From contig JAULAX010000018.1 in the NCBI GenBank assembly GCA_032654565.1, positions 416,001 through 480,000 on the forward strand: a stretch of 64,000 nt of DNA, read 5' to 3'. Position 1 is the first letter of the stretch; each line of letters opens with the position of its first letter. Source of the stretch: Anaeromyxobacteraceae bacterium. GTDB lineage: Bacteria; Myxococcota; Myxococcia; Myxococcales; Anaeromyxobacteraceae. The position numbers and the translations under genes are program-made. The notes below the pieces were generated by a model that was not told the origin of the DNA, searched no databases, and was given only the letters and a program-made list of their open reading frames with translations. Shown here piece after piece: positions 1 through 9,695 of the stretch.

Positions 1-225
1 TGGGGCGCCGTCGCCGAGCTGGAACAGGTCGCAGGGGTTGGAGCCGAGCTTGTCGACGATCCGGTCGGCGTGGGGCTCGCGGCACTCGTTGCCGGCGGTC
101 TCGTCGTGGTGCCGGCAGTTGATGCAGCGGTGCAGGTCGGCGTCGCACTCGGGGCAGGTGGTGCGCCGGCCGATGGGGCCGTCGAAGACCAGGGTGGCGC
201 CGCAGCCGTAGCAGGAGGTGGCCAT
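1..225 (-). CDS. Small Cys-rich putative metal-binding protein (partial, runs off left edge)
   Basis: Own translation from ATG at 225: MATSCYGCGATLVFDGPIGRRTTCPECDADLHRCINCRHHDETAGNECREPHADRIVDKLGSNPCDLF...; three CxxC pairs, GC-rich third positions; absent from the ORF track. Confidence 0.75.
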   Translation of the reverse strand, partial: MATSCYGCGATLVFDGPIGRRTTCPECDADLHRCINCRHHDETAGNECREPHADRIVDKLGSNPCDLFQLGDGAP

Positions 226-260
226 GGCGGTATCATGAATCGGCCGGGGTGCCGGCGGCA

Positions 261-1205
261 ATGCGAGAACCGATCCCCTTCGGAAAGTACCTGCTGCTGG
301 ACCGGCTCGCCGTCGGCGGGATGGCCGAGGTCTGGCTGGCGGTGCGCCCGGTGGCCCCCCGCCAGCGGCTGGTGGTGAAGCGGCTCCTCCCCACGCTGGC
401 CGACGATCCCACCTTCGTCACCATGTTCCTCGACGAGGCCCGCCTCGGGGCCCAGCTCGACCACCCCGGCGTGGTCCCGCTCCACGACCTGGGGCGGGAG
501 CCGGGCGGCTACTACCTGGCCATGGACTACGTCCCCGGGGCCGACCTGCGCGCCCTGCTGGTCCGGCTCCGCTCCCGGCGGCGGCTGCTCCCGGTGGCGC
601 TGGCCTGCTGGATCGGCGTCCGGGTCGCCGAGGCGCTCGACCACGCCCACCGCGCCACCGGCCGGGACGGGGCCCCGCTCCAGGTGGTCCACCGCGACCT
701 CTCCCCGGCCAACGTGCTGCTCGGCTTCGACGGCGGGGTCCGGGTCATCGACTTCGGGGTGGCCAGCGCCGCCTTCCGCGCCCACCGGGAGGGGACGGCG
801 CTGCGCGGCAAGTTCGGTTACCTCTCGCCGGAGCAGGTGCGCGGGCTGCCGGTCGACCGGCGGGCCGACCTCTTCTCGCTGGGCGCCGTCCTGCACGAGG
901 CGCTGGCCGGGGAGCGGCTCTTCCGCGGCCCCTCGGACCTCGCCGTGCTGGAGCGGGTCCGGACCGCCGACGTCCGCCCGCCGTCGCTGCGGAACCCGGC
1001 GGTGCCGCCGGGGCTCGACGCGGTGGTGCTGCGGGCCCTGGCGCGCGAGCCGGCCGACCGCTACCCCGGGGCGGACGGGCTGGCGGAGGCGCTGCGACCC
1101 TTCGCGGTGGGGGCCGGGGCCGGGGACCTGGCGGCGCTGCTCGGAGAGCTCTTCGAGGCCGAGGCCGACCGCGAGCGGGCCTGGCAGGCCGCCGGCCCGA
1201 CCTAG
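261..1205 (+). CDS. Hanks-type Ser/Thr protein kinase (kinase domain only)
   Basis: LAVGGMAEV, VVKR, HRDLSPAN, DFG and GKFGYLSPE motifs. Confidence 0.92.
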   Translation: MREPIPFGKYLLLDRLAVGGMAEVWLAVRPVAPRQRLVVKRLLPTLADDPTFVTMFLDEARLGAQLDHPGVVPLHDLGREPGGYYLAMDYVPGADLRALLVRLRSRRRLLPVALACWIGVRVAEALDHAHRATGRDGAPLQVVHRDLSPANVLLGFDGGVRVIDFGVASAAFRAHREGTALRGKFGYLSPEQVRGLPVDRRADLFSLGAVLHEALAGERLFRGPSDLAVLERVRTADVRPPSLRNPAVPPGLDAVVLRALAREPADRYPGADGLAEALRPFAVGAGAGDLAALLGELFEAEADRERAWQAAGPT

Positions 1206-2341
1206 TTCCTCAGCACCTTGCGGAGCGGGTCGAGGAGGACGTCGCCCACCACCCGCGGTGAACTCTCCAGGTCGGCCGCCAGCACCGCCACGGTCTCGAC
1301 GTCGAGCCGGATCCGCTCCCACTCGTCGGCGTTCACCTTGAGGAAGCCTTCGGCGATGCGGGGGTCGAACTGGGTGCCGGCGCAGCGCTCGATCTCGGCG
1401 CGCGCCTCGGAGAAGGGGCGGGCCTTGCGGTAGGGCCGGTCGCTGGTCATGGCGTCGAGGGTGTCGACCACGTGGAAGATGCGGGCCCCGATGACGATCT
1501 GCTCGCCGCGCAGGCCGCTGGGGTAGCCCGAGCCGTCCCACTTCTCCTGGTGCTGCAGGACGATCTGCGAGGCCGGGCGGAGGTAGTCGACCCGCTGCAG
1601 CAGGGCCCAGCCCAGCTCCGGGTGGCGCTTCATCTCGCTCCACTCGATGGTGTCGAGCGGCCCCTCCTTGAGCAGCACCCGGTCGCGGACCCCGATCTTG
1701 CCGATGTCGTGGAGCAGCGCGCCGTGCTCGATGACGGTGAGCTCCGGCTCGCCGAGGCCGAGGGCCTGGGCCAGGCGGCGGGCGTAGAGCGAGACCCGGC
1801 GGGAGTGCCACTGGGTCTCGGCGTCGCGGTAGTCGAGCGCGGCGATCAGCCCCTCGAGGAGCGCCTGGGTGCGGTGCCGGACCATCTCCTCCAGCTTCTG
1901 GTTCATCTCCCGGAGCTGGCCGTTCTGGCGCTGCACCTCGTTGGTCAGCCACTCGTTCTCGCTGCGGAGCCGGGCGGCCTCGGCGGCCTGGTTGACGGTG
2001 GCCACCAGCTCCTGCTGGTGCCAGGGCTTGGAGATGATGCGGAAGACCTCGCCGGCGTTGACGGCCTGCAGGGCGACGCGGAAGTCCTCGGCGGCGGTGC
2101 AGAGGATGCGGACCGCGCCCGGGGCCCGCTCCCGGGTCTGCTTGAGGAAGGAGATGCCGTCGAGGCCGGGCATCATGAAGTCGCTGATCACCACCACCGG
2201 CCGGTCCTGCTCGATGTTGGCGAGCGCGACGATGGGATCCTGGTAGCAGCGCGGATCGTAGCCGACGCTCTCGAGGATGCGCGCCAGCGCCTTGAGGATC
2301 AGCTCGTCGTCGTCGACGATGAGGACACGTTCCGCGATCAC
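1202..2341 (-). CDS. Response regulator REC + HD-GYP cyclic-dinucleotide phosphodiesterase
   Basis: LIVDDD/SDFMMP receiver, LLHDIGKIG, HQEKWDGSGYP, DRPYRK; GTG start assumed at 2341. Confidence 0.92.
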   Translation of the reverse strand: MIAERVLIVDDDELILKALARILESVGYDPRCYQDPIVALANIEQDRPVVVISDFMMPGLDGISFLKQTRERAPGAVRILCTAAEDFRVALQAVNAGEVFRIISKPWHQQELVATVNQAAEAARLRSENEWLTNEVQRQNGQLREMNQKLEEMVRHRTQALLEGLIAALDYRDAETQWHSRRVSLYARRLAQALGLGEPELTVIEHGALLHDIGKIGVRDRVLLKEGPLDTIEWSEMKRHPELGWALLQRVDYLRPASQIVLQHQEKWDGSGYPSGLRGEQIVIGARIFHVVDTLDAMTSDRPYRKARPFSEARAEIERCAGTQFDPRIAEGFLKVNADEWERIRLDVETVAVLAADLESSPRVVGDVLLDPLRKVLRN

Positions 2342-2457
2342 GAAGGCGGAGCAGAGCACGCGGGCGCCCGCCCCGCAAGGCTCTGGCCGGCGGTCCGGCG
2401 AGGTGCGGGGCCGGCGGCGGCGGTGTAGGCTGGCGGCCGCGGATGGAGGGAGCGCCC

Positions 2458-4557
2458 GTGACGCGAGCCGACCTGCTGCCCGGCAAGCCGTTCCCGCTCG
2501 GCGCCACGCCGGGACCGGACGGGGTCAACTTCAGCGTCTGGTCTCGCGACGCCACCGGGATCGAGCTGCTGCTCTTCGACGCCGCCGACAGCGCCCGCCC
2601 CTCGCGGATCATCAAGCTGCAGCGCGACCAGCACCACACCTACCACTACTGGCACGTGCTGGTGGCCGGCCTGGGCCCTGGGCAGCACTACGGCTGGCGG
2701 GCCCAGGGGCCCTTCCGACCCGACGCCGGGCTCCGCTTCGACGGCGAGAAGCTGCTGCTCGATCCCTACGCCCGGGCCATCGCCGTGCCCCCCGGCTACG
2801 ACCGGGAGGCGGCCACCCGGCGTGGCGACAACGCCGGGGTGGCCATGAAGTCGGTGGTGGCCGACCTCTCCCGCTTCGACTGGGAGGGGGACCAGCGGCT
2901 CCGCCACCCCTTCTCCCGCACCGCCATCTACGAGCTGCACGTCCGCGGCTTCACCCGCCACCCCAGCTCGGGCGTGGCCGAGCCGCGGCGCGGCACCTAC
3001 GCCGGCCTGGTCGAGAAGATCCCCTACCTCAAGTCCCTCGGCGTCACCGCGGTGGAGCTCCTGCCGGTCTTCCAGTACGACCCCCAGGACGCGCCGCCCG
3101 GGCGCCGCAACGCCTGGGGCTACTCGCCGGTCTCCTTCTTCGCGCTGCACACCGCCTACGCCGCCGCCGGCGAGCCGCTGGCGGCGCTCGACGAGTTCCG
3201 CGAGATGGTCAAGGCGCTCCACCGGGCCGGGCTCGAGGTGATCCTCGACGTGGTCTACAACCACACCGCCGAGTCCGACGAGCGCGGGCCCACCCTGGGC
3301 TTCCGGGGGCTCGACAACCGGGCCTACTACCTGCTGGAGCAGGACTGGTCCCGGTACGCCAACTACACCGGCTGCGGCAACACCCTCAAGGCCCACCACC
3401 CGGTGGTGCGCCGGCTCATCCTCGACAGCCTGCGCCACTGGGTCTCCGAGATGCACGTCGACGGGTTCCGCTTCGACCTGGCCTCGGTGCTGGCCCGCGA
3501 CGAGGCCGGCCACCCGCAGAGCAGCCCGCCCATCGTCTGGGAGATCGAGAGCGACCCGCTGCTGTGCGGCACCAAGCTGATCGCCGAGGCCTGGGACGCC
3601 GCCGGGCTCTACCAGGTGGGGCAGTGGGTGGGCGACTCCTGGAAGGAGTGGAACGGTCGCTTCCGCGACGACGTCCGCGGCTTCGTGCGCGGCGAGCCGG
3701 GGATGGTGGGCCGGCTCGCCAACCGCATCTTCGCCAGCCCCGACCTCTACGCCGGCGACCAGCTGGAGCCGGAGCAGAGCGTCAACTTCGTCACCTGCCA
3801 CGACGGCTTCACGCTCAACGACCTGGTCAGCTACGACCGCAAGGCCAACCTGGCCAACGGCGAGGAGAACCGCGACGGGGCCGACGACAACCGCTCCTGG
3901 AACTGCGGCGTCGAGGGGCCCAGCGACGATCCGGCCGTGGAGGCGCTTCGCTCGCGCCAGGTGCGCAACCTGCTGGCCCTGACCCTGCTCTCCAGCGGCG
4001 TGCCCATGATCACCATGGGCGACGAGGCGCGCCGCACCCAGCTCGGCAACAACAACGCCTGGTGCCACGACGGCCCGCTCACCTGGCTGGACTGGGACCT
4101 GGTGGAGCGGCAGGCCGGCCTGCGCAGCTTCGTGCGGCGCCTGCTCGACCTGCGCTTCGCCTTCGATCCCACCGCGGCCAGCGACGGCGTCCCGCTCCGC
4201 GAGTTCCTCACCCGGGCCCGCATCGAGTGGCACGGGGTCCGGCTCGACGCCCCGGACTGGGGCCCGGAGTCGCGCAGCCTGGCGGTCTGCTTCACGGCGC
4301 GCGGCCGCTCCGGGCGGATCTACATGGCCTTCAACGCCTTCTGGGAGCCGCTGGAGTTCGAGCTGCCCACGGCGCCGCGGAGCTGGCGGCGGCTGGTGGA
4401 CACGGCGCGGCCGTCACCTGACGACGCCGTCGGCTGGGCCGACAACGCCACGGTGGCGGGGTCGAGCTACCGGGTGGAGGCCCGCTCCCTGGTCATGCTG
4501 GGGACCCACGGGGCCCGGCGGCGTGACGCCGGCGGGCCGGCGACCCGGGGCCGCTAG
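2458..4557 (+). CDS. glgX: Glycogen debranching enzyme / isoamylase (GH13)
   Basis: PFPLGAT, DVVYNHT, DGFRFDLA, IAEAWD, FVTCHDGFTL; GGAGG RBS before GTG 2458. Confidence 0.93.
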   Translation: MTRADLLPGKPFPLGATPGPDGVNFSVWSRDATGIELLLFDAADSARPSRIIKLQRDQHHTYHYWHVLVAGLGPGQHYGWRAQGPFRPDAGLRFDGEKLLLDPYARAIAVPPGYDREAATRRGDNAGVAMKSVVADLSRFDWEGDQRLRHPFSRTAIYELHVRGFTRHPSSGVAEPRRGTYAGLVEKIPYLKSLGVTAVELLPVFQYDPQDAPPGRRNAWGYSPVSFFALHTAYAAAGEPLAALDEFREMVKALHRAGLEVILDVVYNHTAESDERGPTLGFRGLDNRAYYLLEQDWSRYANYTGCGNTLKAHHPVVRRLILDSLRHWVSEMHVDGFRFDLASVLARDEAGHPQSSPPIVWEIESDPLLCGTKLIAEAWDAAGLYQVGQWVGDSWKEWNGRFRDDVRGFVRGEPGMVGRLANRIFASPDLYAGDQLEPEQSVNFVTCHDGFTLNDLVSYDRKANLANGEENRDGADDNRSWNCGVEGPSDDPAVEALRSRQVRNLLALTLLSSGVPMITMGDEARRTQLGNNNAWCHDGPLTWLDWDLVERQAGLRSFVRRLLDLRFAFDPTAASDGVPLREFLTRARIEWHGVRLDAPDWGPESRSLAVCFTARGRSGRIYMAFNAFWEPLEFELPTAPRSWRRLVDTARPSPDDAVGWADNATVAGSSYRVEARSLVMLGTHGARRRDAGGPATRGR

Positions 4558-6017
4558 AAGCTGCCGAGGAACTCGTCGTTGGTCTCGAACTCGTTGAGCT
4601 TCTTGAGGAGCCGCTCCATGGCCTCGACCGGCTTGAGCGAGGCCAGGGCGCCGCGCAGCCGCCGCACCTTCTCGATCTCCTTCGGGGAGAAGAGCTTCTC
4701 CTCCTTGCGGGTGCCGGAGGCGCCGATGTCGATGGCCGGGAAGATGCGCCGCTCCGAGAGCTGCCGGGAGAGCACCACCTCCATGTTTCCGGTGCCCTTG
4801 AACTCCTCGAAGATCACCTCGTCCATGCGCGAGCCGGTGTCGATGAGGGCGGTGGCGATGATGGTGAGCGAGCCGCCCTCCTCGGCCTTGCGGGCGGCGC
4901 CGAAGAGCCGCTTGGGCCGCTCCAGCGCGCGCGAGTCGACGCCGCCGGTGAGGGTGCGGCCGGAGGACTCGACCTCCTTGTTGTAGGCGCGGGCCAGCCG
5001 GGTGATGGAGTCGAGCAGGATGACCACGTCCTTGCCCCCCTCCACCAGCCGCCGGGCGCGCTCCATGGCCATCTCGGCGGCGTGGATGTGCTCCTCGGCC
5101 GGCCGGTCGTTGGAGGAGCCGATCACCTCGCCCTTGATGTTGCGGCGCATGTCGGTGAGCTCCTCGGGCCGCTCGTCGACCAGCAGCACCGTCAGGTGCA
5201 CGTCGGGCCGGTTGGCGGTGATGGCCTGGGCGATCCGCTGCAGCATGATGGTCTTGCCGGCCTTGGGCGGCGAGGTGATCAGGCCGCGGGCCCCGAGGCC
5301 GATGGGCGAGATGAGGTCGAGCACCCGCCCCACCAGCTCGTCGGCGCGGGTCTCCATCACCAGCCGCTCGGTGGGATCGGTGGCGGTCAGGTTGGGGAAG
5401 TGGGTGCGGCGCAGCACCGCCATGGGGTCGGCGCCCTCGAGGGTGTCGACCTTGGTGAGCACCCGCTTCATGTTGCGGGTGGCCGCCTGGCCCTTCACCA
5501 GCAGCCCGGCCTGGAGGTGCATCCGGTCGATGAGCCAGCGGGGCACCTCGACGTCGAACGGCTGGGGGTTGTAGCTCTTCTTGGGATCGCGCAGCGCGCC
5601 GTTCCCCTTGCCCTCGAACTCGAGGACGCCCTCGACCTCCTCGGTCACCTCGGGCTGGCCGTTGCCCGGGCCGCCCTGCGGCCCCTGGCTCCCCTGCGGC
5701 TGGCCGCCAGGGGGCGCGCCCTGCGGGGCCTGTCCACCCGGCTGCCCGCCGGGCTGGCCGCCCGGGCCGTTGCCGCCGGGGCCGTTGCCGTTGGGGCTGC
5801 CCGGAGGTCCACCGCGGCCGCGGCGACCGCGGCGACGGCGGCGGCGGCGCCCCTGGCCGGGCTGGCCGGGTTGTCCACCCTGGCCGGGCTGTCCGCCACC
5901 TTCGTTGGGACCACCGTCACCGTCGCCTCCGCCGCCTCCGGACGCGGGAGTCTGCGCCGGCGCGGATGGAGTGGTGGCGGGCTGCCCCTGGGGGCCGTTC
6001 TCGTGATTCTCGCTCAT
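4554..6017 (-). CDS. rho: Transcription termination factor Rho, atypical (low-complexity N-terminus, divergent RNA-binding domain)
   Basis: SPPKAGKT, LLVDERPEE, LDSITRLARAYN, DEVIFEEFKGTGNME, SGTRKEE. Confidence 0.93.
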   Translation of the reverse strand: MSENHENGPQGQPATTPSAPAQTPASGGGGGDGDGGPNEGGGQPGQGGQPGQPGQGRRRRRRRGRRGRGGPPGSPNGNGPGGNGPGGQPGGQPGGQAPQGAPPGGQPQGSQGPQGGPGNGQPEVTEEVEGVLEFEGKGNGALRDPKKSYNPQPFDVEVPRWLIDRMHLQAGLLVKGQAATRNMKRVLTKVDTLEGADPMAVLRRTHFPNLTATDPTERLVMETRADELVGRVLDLISPIGLGARGLITSPPKAGKTIMLQRIAQAITANRPDVHLTVLLVDERPEELTDMRRNIKGEVIGSSNDRPAEEHIHAAEMAMERARRLVEGGKDVVILLDSITRLARAYNKEVESSGRTLTGGVDSRALERPKRLFGAARKAEEGGSLTIIATALIDTGSRMDEVIFEEFKGTGNMEVVLSRQLSERRIFPAIDIGASGTRKEEKLFSPKEIEKVRRLRGALASLKPVEAMERLLKKLNEFETNDEFLGSF

Positions 6018-6268
6018 GTGGTGTCTGCTGCGCGGCCCCCGGCGAGTCGCCTGGGGCGCGTCCTACGTCTCTTCTGGAGTGGCGGCCGGCTCGAGACGCG
6101 CCGCGCGAGGCGGCGTCCGGTGGTGCGCTGCTCGCTGCAAGCCGACCGGGCCGTCACCCCTCCGCCTCGACCAAGAGTCGCTGGCTGGGAGTGACGGGAG
6201 GATCCATAGCAAGAAAGGGATCCGCAGGCAAAGCAGAAACGCGCAGGCCCTGTGTGGGCCGGGGCGGC

Positions 6269-8788
6269 TCAGGGGGCCGGCCGGGCCACCCACTCCACCG
6301 GCAGGGCCAGCACCGGCCCCAGCTCGAGGAGCAGGGCGGCGGCGCCCAGCTCGGGGAAGAGCGCCGCCGTTCGCCGCAGCACCGCCTCACCGCCGGTCAT
6401 GACCGCCGCCCCCAGCGACACCTGGAGGTCCCTCCAGTCGCCGCCGCTGCGGCGCACCTCGACGTCGGCGTCGGCCGGCAGCCCGGCGCTGGTCCGCGCC
6501 GCCGCCACCGCCTCCTCGAGCCCGCCCAGCTGGTCCACCAGCCGGCGGGTGAGCGCCTGCTGGCCGGTCCAGACGCGGCCGCCCGCCACCCGCTCCACCT
6601 CGGCGCGCGGCAGGGCCCGCCCCTCGACCACCCGGTCGAGGAAGGTGGCGTAGACGGCGTCGACTTGCCTCGCCACCAGGGCCCGCTCCTCGTCGCGCCA
6701 CGGGCGGGCCAGCGTGGTGAGGTCGGCGTTCCGGCCCCGGGTCTGGACGTCGCGGTGGACGGAGAGCTTCTCCAGCAGCCCGGAGAGCTCGGGCTTGAGC
6801 ACGAAGACCCCGATCGATCCGGTCAGCGTCGAGGGCTCGGCCAGGATCCGCTCGGCGCCCACCGCCGCCAGGTAGCCGCCGCTGGCCGCCACGTCGCCCA
6901 TCGAGGCGATGACCGGCTTCCGCTCCCGCGCCTTCTTGACGGCGCGCCAGATCAGGTCGGAGGCCACCGCGTCGCCGCCGGGGGAGTCGACGCGCAGGAC
7001 GATGGCCTTGACCCGCCCGTCCCGGGCCGCCTCCTCGAGCTGGGCGACCACGGTCTCGGCGCCGCTGATGCGCGCGCCGCCGAGCGGCTCGAGCCGGCTG
7101 TGGCCCGCGGCGATGATCCCCTCTAGGCCGACCACGGCGATGACCGGGGGGAGCCCCCAGCGCCGCGCCTGGCGGGGCGGCGCCGGATCGTACCCCTCGG
7201 CCAGGTCGAGCCCCCGGCCGGTGACCGTGCGGGACCAGCCCTCCAGCTCGTCGGGCCAGAGCAGCTCGTCCACCAGCCGCTCCTGCCGGGCCTCGGCGGC
7301 GGAGAAGACGCCCCGGTCGAGGAGCCCCCTGACGGCGGCGGCCTCGAGCCGGCGCCCCTGCGCCACGTCGGCGACCAGCCGGTCGTAGACGTCGTCGAGG
7401 ATGGCCCCGGTCATCTCCTTCGACTCCGGCGACGGCTCGTTGCGCGTGAAGGGCTCGGGGGCGGTCTTGAAGCCGCCGGCCCGCACCGCCTCCACGGTCA
7501 CGCCCAGCCGGGCCAGGCCGTCCTTGAGGTAGTACTGGCTGACGGAGAGGCCGTTCACCAGCAGCGTCGAGGACGGGGACATGGCCACCGAGGTGGCGGC
7601 GGTGGCCAGCCAGTAACCCTTCAAGCCGCCGCCGACCAGGGAGGCCAGCACCGGCTTGCGATCCCGCAGGCGCAGGATGGCCCCGCGCAGCTCCTCGATC
7701 CTGCCGGCGCCGAGCGGCAGGTCGCCGATCTGCAGCACCACCGCCCCCACCGCGGCGTCGTCGCCCGCCGCGGCCAGCTGCTCAAGCAGGACGCCGAAGC
7801 GATCCGGCCCGCGGAGCTCGAGGAAGAGGAAGCGGCGGGGCGCCAGCTCGCCGGCCAGGTCGAGGCGCGGGGTCGAGGAGGCGGCGGAGGCGGTGGGGTA
7901 CCGCTCCCAGGAGGCGCGGGCACCGACCAGCCAGCGGGTGTCATCCTCGGCGGCGGCGGCCCCCACCGTGGCGCCGGCGTGCCGGCCGTTCCAGGTGAGC
8001 GAGACCATCCCCGCCGGGAGCCGCTGCGGCGGCGCCAGGGCCGTGCTCCCCACCGGGATCCGGTACTGGGCGGTGAAGGCGAGCCCACGGGCGAGCTCGA
8101 CGGCGACCCCGACCGCGGCGCCGGTCACGTCGAAGCTTCCGCGGGCCTGGTCGTTGGCCAGCAGGTCGGCCGAGAGCGTCACCGAGTCGTCGAGGAAGCG
8201 GAGGCCGAGCCCGAGGTCGTAGCGGACCGGCAGCTTCCTCCCCAGGTACCTGGCGTCGACGCCGAGCATCGAGGCGCCGAGCGAGAGGTGCCGCCACGGG
8301 CGGAGGGCGAGGCCGAGGTCGAAGGCCTGCATGGGCTCGATGGCCGGGTCCGGCGAGCTCCACCAGCGCCAGGAGATGCCGAGCGAGGCGGTCTGGCCGT
8401 CGGTGAGCGCCAGCGCCAGCGTGGTGAGCCGGTAGCTGGTGCCGGCGGCGGGGCGGACCCACTCGACCGAGAGGCCGTGGCCGAGGGGGCCGGTGAGCCA
8501 GGCCCCGTAGAGGCCATCGCCGTCGGCGCCGAGCGGCCCGTGGCCCTGGACGTGGACGTAGTGGAGGGCCGGGCCGTGGACGAAGCCGATGCTGGCCGGG
8601 TTCACCGAGAGCGAGGTGGCCTCCTCGGCGACCGCCGCGCCCCCGGTCGGGAGCGGCAGGCCGGAGGAGAGGCTGGCCGGGAGGTCCTGCACCTGGGCGG
8701 CCGCGGGCGGCGCCGCCAGGGTGGCCAGGGCGAGCAGCCCGGAGACGGCGAGCTGAAGGGTGCGCCTGGCCAGCCGGTGCGTGGGCAT
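6269..8788 (-). CDS. sppA: Signal peptide peptidase SppA (tandem S49 domains) with N-terminal beta-barrel-like extension
   Basis: FKTAPEPF (Lys), LRVDSPGG, MGDVAASGGY (Ser), TGSIGV, GRVWTG. Confidence 0.88.
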   Translation of the reverse strand: MPTHRLARRTLQLAVSGLLALATLAAPPAAAQVQDLPASLSSGLPLPTGGAAVAEEATSLSVNPASIGFVHGPALHYVHVQGHGPLGADGDGLYGAWLTGPLGHGLSVEWVRPAAGTSYRLTTLALALTDGQTASLGISWRWWSSPDPAIEPMQAFDLGLALRPWRHLSLGASMLGVDARYLGRKLPVRYDLGLGLRFLDDSVTLSADLLANDQARGSFDVTGAAVGVAVELARGLAFTAQYRIPVGSTALAPPQRLPAGMVSLTWNGRHAGATVGAAAAEDDTRWLVGARASWERYPTASAASSTPRLDLAGELAPRRFLFLELRGPDRFGVLLEQLAAAGDDAAVGAVVLQIGDLPLGAGRIEELRGAILRLRDRKPVLASLVGGGLKGYWLATAATSVAMSPSSTLLVNGLSVSQYYLKDGLARLGVTVEAVRAGGFKTAPEPFTRNEPSPESKEMTGAILDDVYDRLVADVAQGRRLEAAAVRGLLDRGVFSAAEARQERLVDELLWPDELEGWSRTVTGRGLDLAEGYDPAPPRQARRWGLPPVIAVVGLEGIIAAGHSRLEPLGGARISGAETVVAQLEEAARDGRVKAIVLRVDSPGGDAVASDLIWRAVKKARERKPVIASMGDVAASGGYLAAVGAERILAEPSTLTGSIGVFVLKPELSGLLEKLSVHRDVQTRGRNADLTTLARPWRDEERALVARQVDAVYATFLDRVVEGRALPRAEVERVAGGRVWTGQQALTRRLVDQLGGLEEAVAAARTSAGLPADADVEVRRSGGDWRDLQVSLGAAVMTGGEAVLRRTAALFPELGAAALLLELGPVLALPVEWVARPAP

Positions 8789-8837
8789 GGCGCATCATAG
8801 CGGCAGCCGCGACCCGGCGGCGACCAGTGGCCTGGTC

Positions 8838-9653
8838 CTACTCGGTGCCGGCGTCCTCGACCGAGCGGATCAGCGCCTCGTCGAGCGGGACCAGGTTGCC
8901 CGACCGGTACTGCTTGAAGACGTCGAGCAGCTGCTCCTTGTGCGGGCGCACCTTGCCGATGGGGCAGAGCTCCCACTCCTTGAGCGGCTCGTCGCAGTAG
9001 CCCATCCGCTTGTCGCCGCACTTGGGCTGCAGGTAGCCGCCGATCTCCGGGACCGCCTTCATCACCTCGCGCCGCATCATCGCCACCATCTGGCGGATCT
9101 CCCACTGGGCGCGCCAGCAGAGCCGCAGGTCGGCGATGTGGAGCAGCTCGGTGAAGTTGACCATCACCTGGAAGTTGGTGGGGGTGGCGTTGGGCAGGAC
9201 GAAGCGGGCGTCTTCGGCCGGGATCCCCTTCTGCAGGGCCTCCTCGTAGACCCGGGTGATCTCCTTCATCAGCTTGTCGTACTCGTCGGAGAGCCCCTGC
9301 TTCTGCCAGCTCTTCGGCATGACGTAGTCGAGCCGCTCCTCCTTGTAGCGGACATAGCGCTGCGACTGCTGCTCGAAGCTGATGCCGATGCGGTGGCGCA
9401 CGAACTGGTGGGAGAGGGCGCGGGAGACGCCGCTGATGCCGAACCAGAAGACCACCTGCTCGAGCGGCGAGGCGTGGCCGGTCTTGAGCCGCTCGCCGAT
9501 GAACTCGCGGATCTTCTCGGGCGGGATGCGGCCGTCACCGATCTCGTCCCAGACCTCGCGGGGGGTCTTGGGCGTGTAGCAGGTGCGGTAGGCTCCGTAG
9601 AGCTTGGCCAGGGGGTCGCGGGCGTGGTCGATGAGCCGGACGTCGAGCGGCAT
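8838..9653 (-). CDS. thyX: FAD-dependent thymidylate synthase
   Basis: GHASPLE, SHQFVRHRIGISFEQQSQRY (RHRX7S), EDARFVLP, AQWEIR. Confidence 0.93.
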   Translation of the reverse strand: MPLDVRLIDHARDPLAKLYGAYRTCYTPKTPREVWDEIGDGRIPPEKIREFIGERLKTGHASPLEQVVFWFGISGVSRALSHQFVRHRIGISFEQQSQRYVRYKEERLDYVMPKSWQKQGLSDEYDKLMKEITRVYEEALQKGIPAEDARFVLPNATPTNFQVMVNFTELLHIADLRLCWRAQWEIRQMVAMMRREVMKAVPEIGGYLQPKCGDKRMGYCDEPLKEWELCPIGKVRPHKEQLLDVFKQYRSGNLVPLDEALIRSVEDAGTE

Positions 9654-9695
9654 GGGTTTACCTCGAAAGGGAGCGCAGGATACTACATGGCACCC

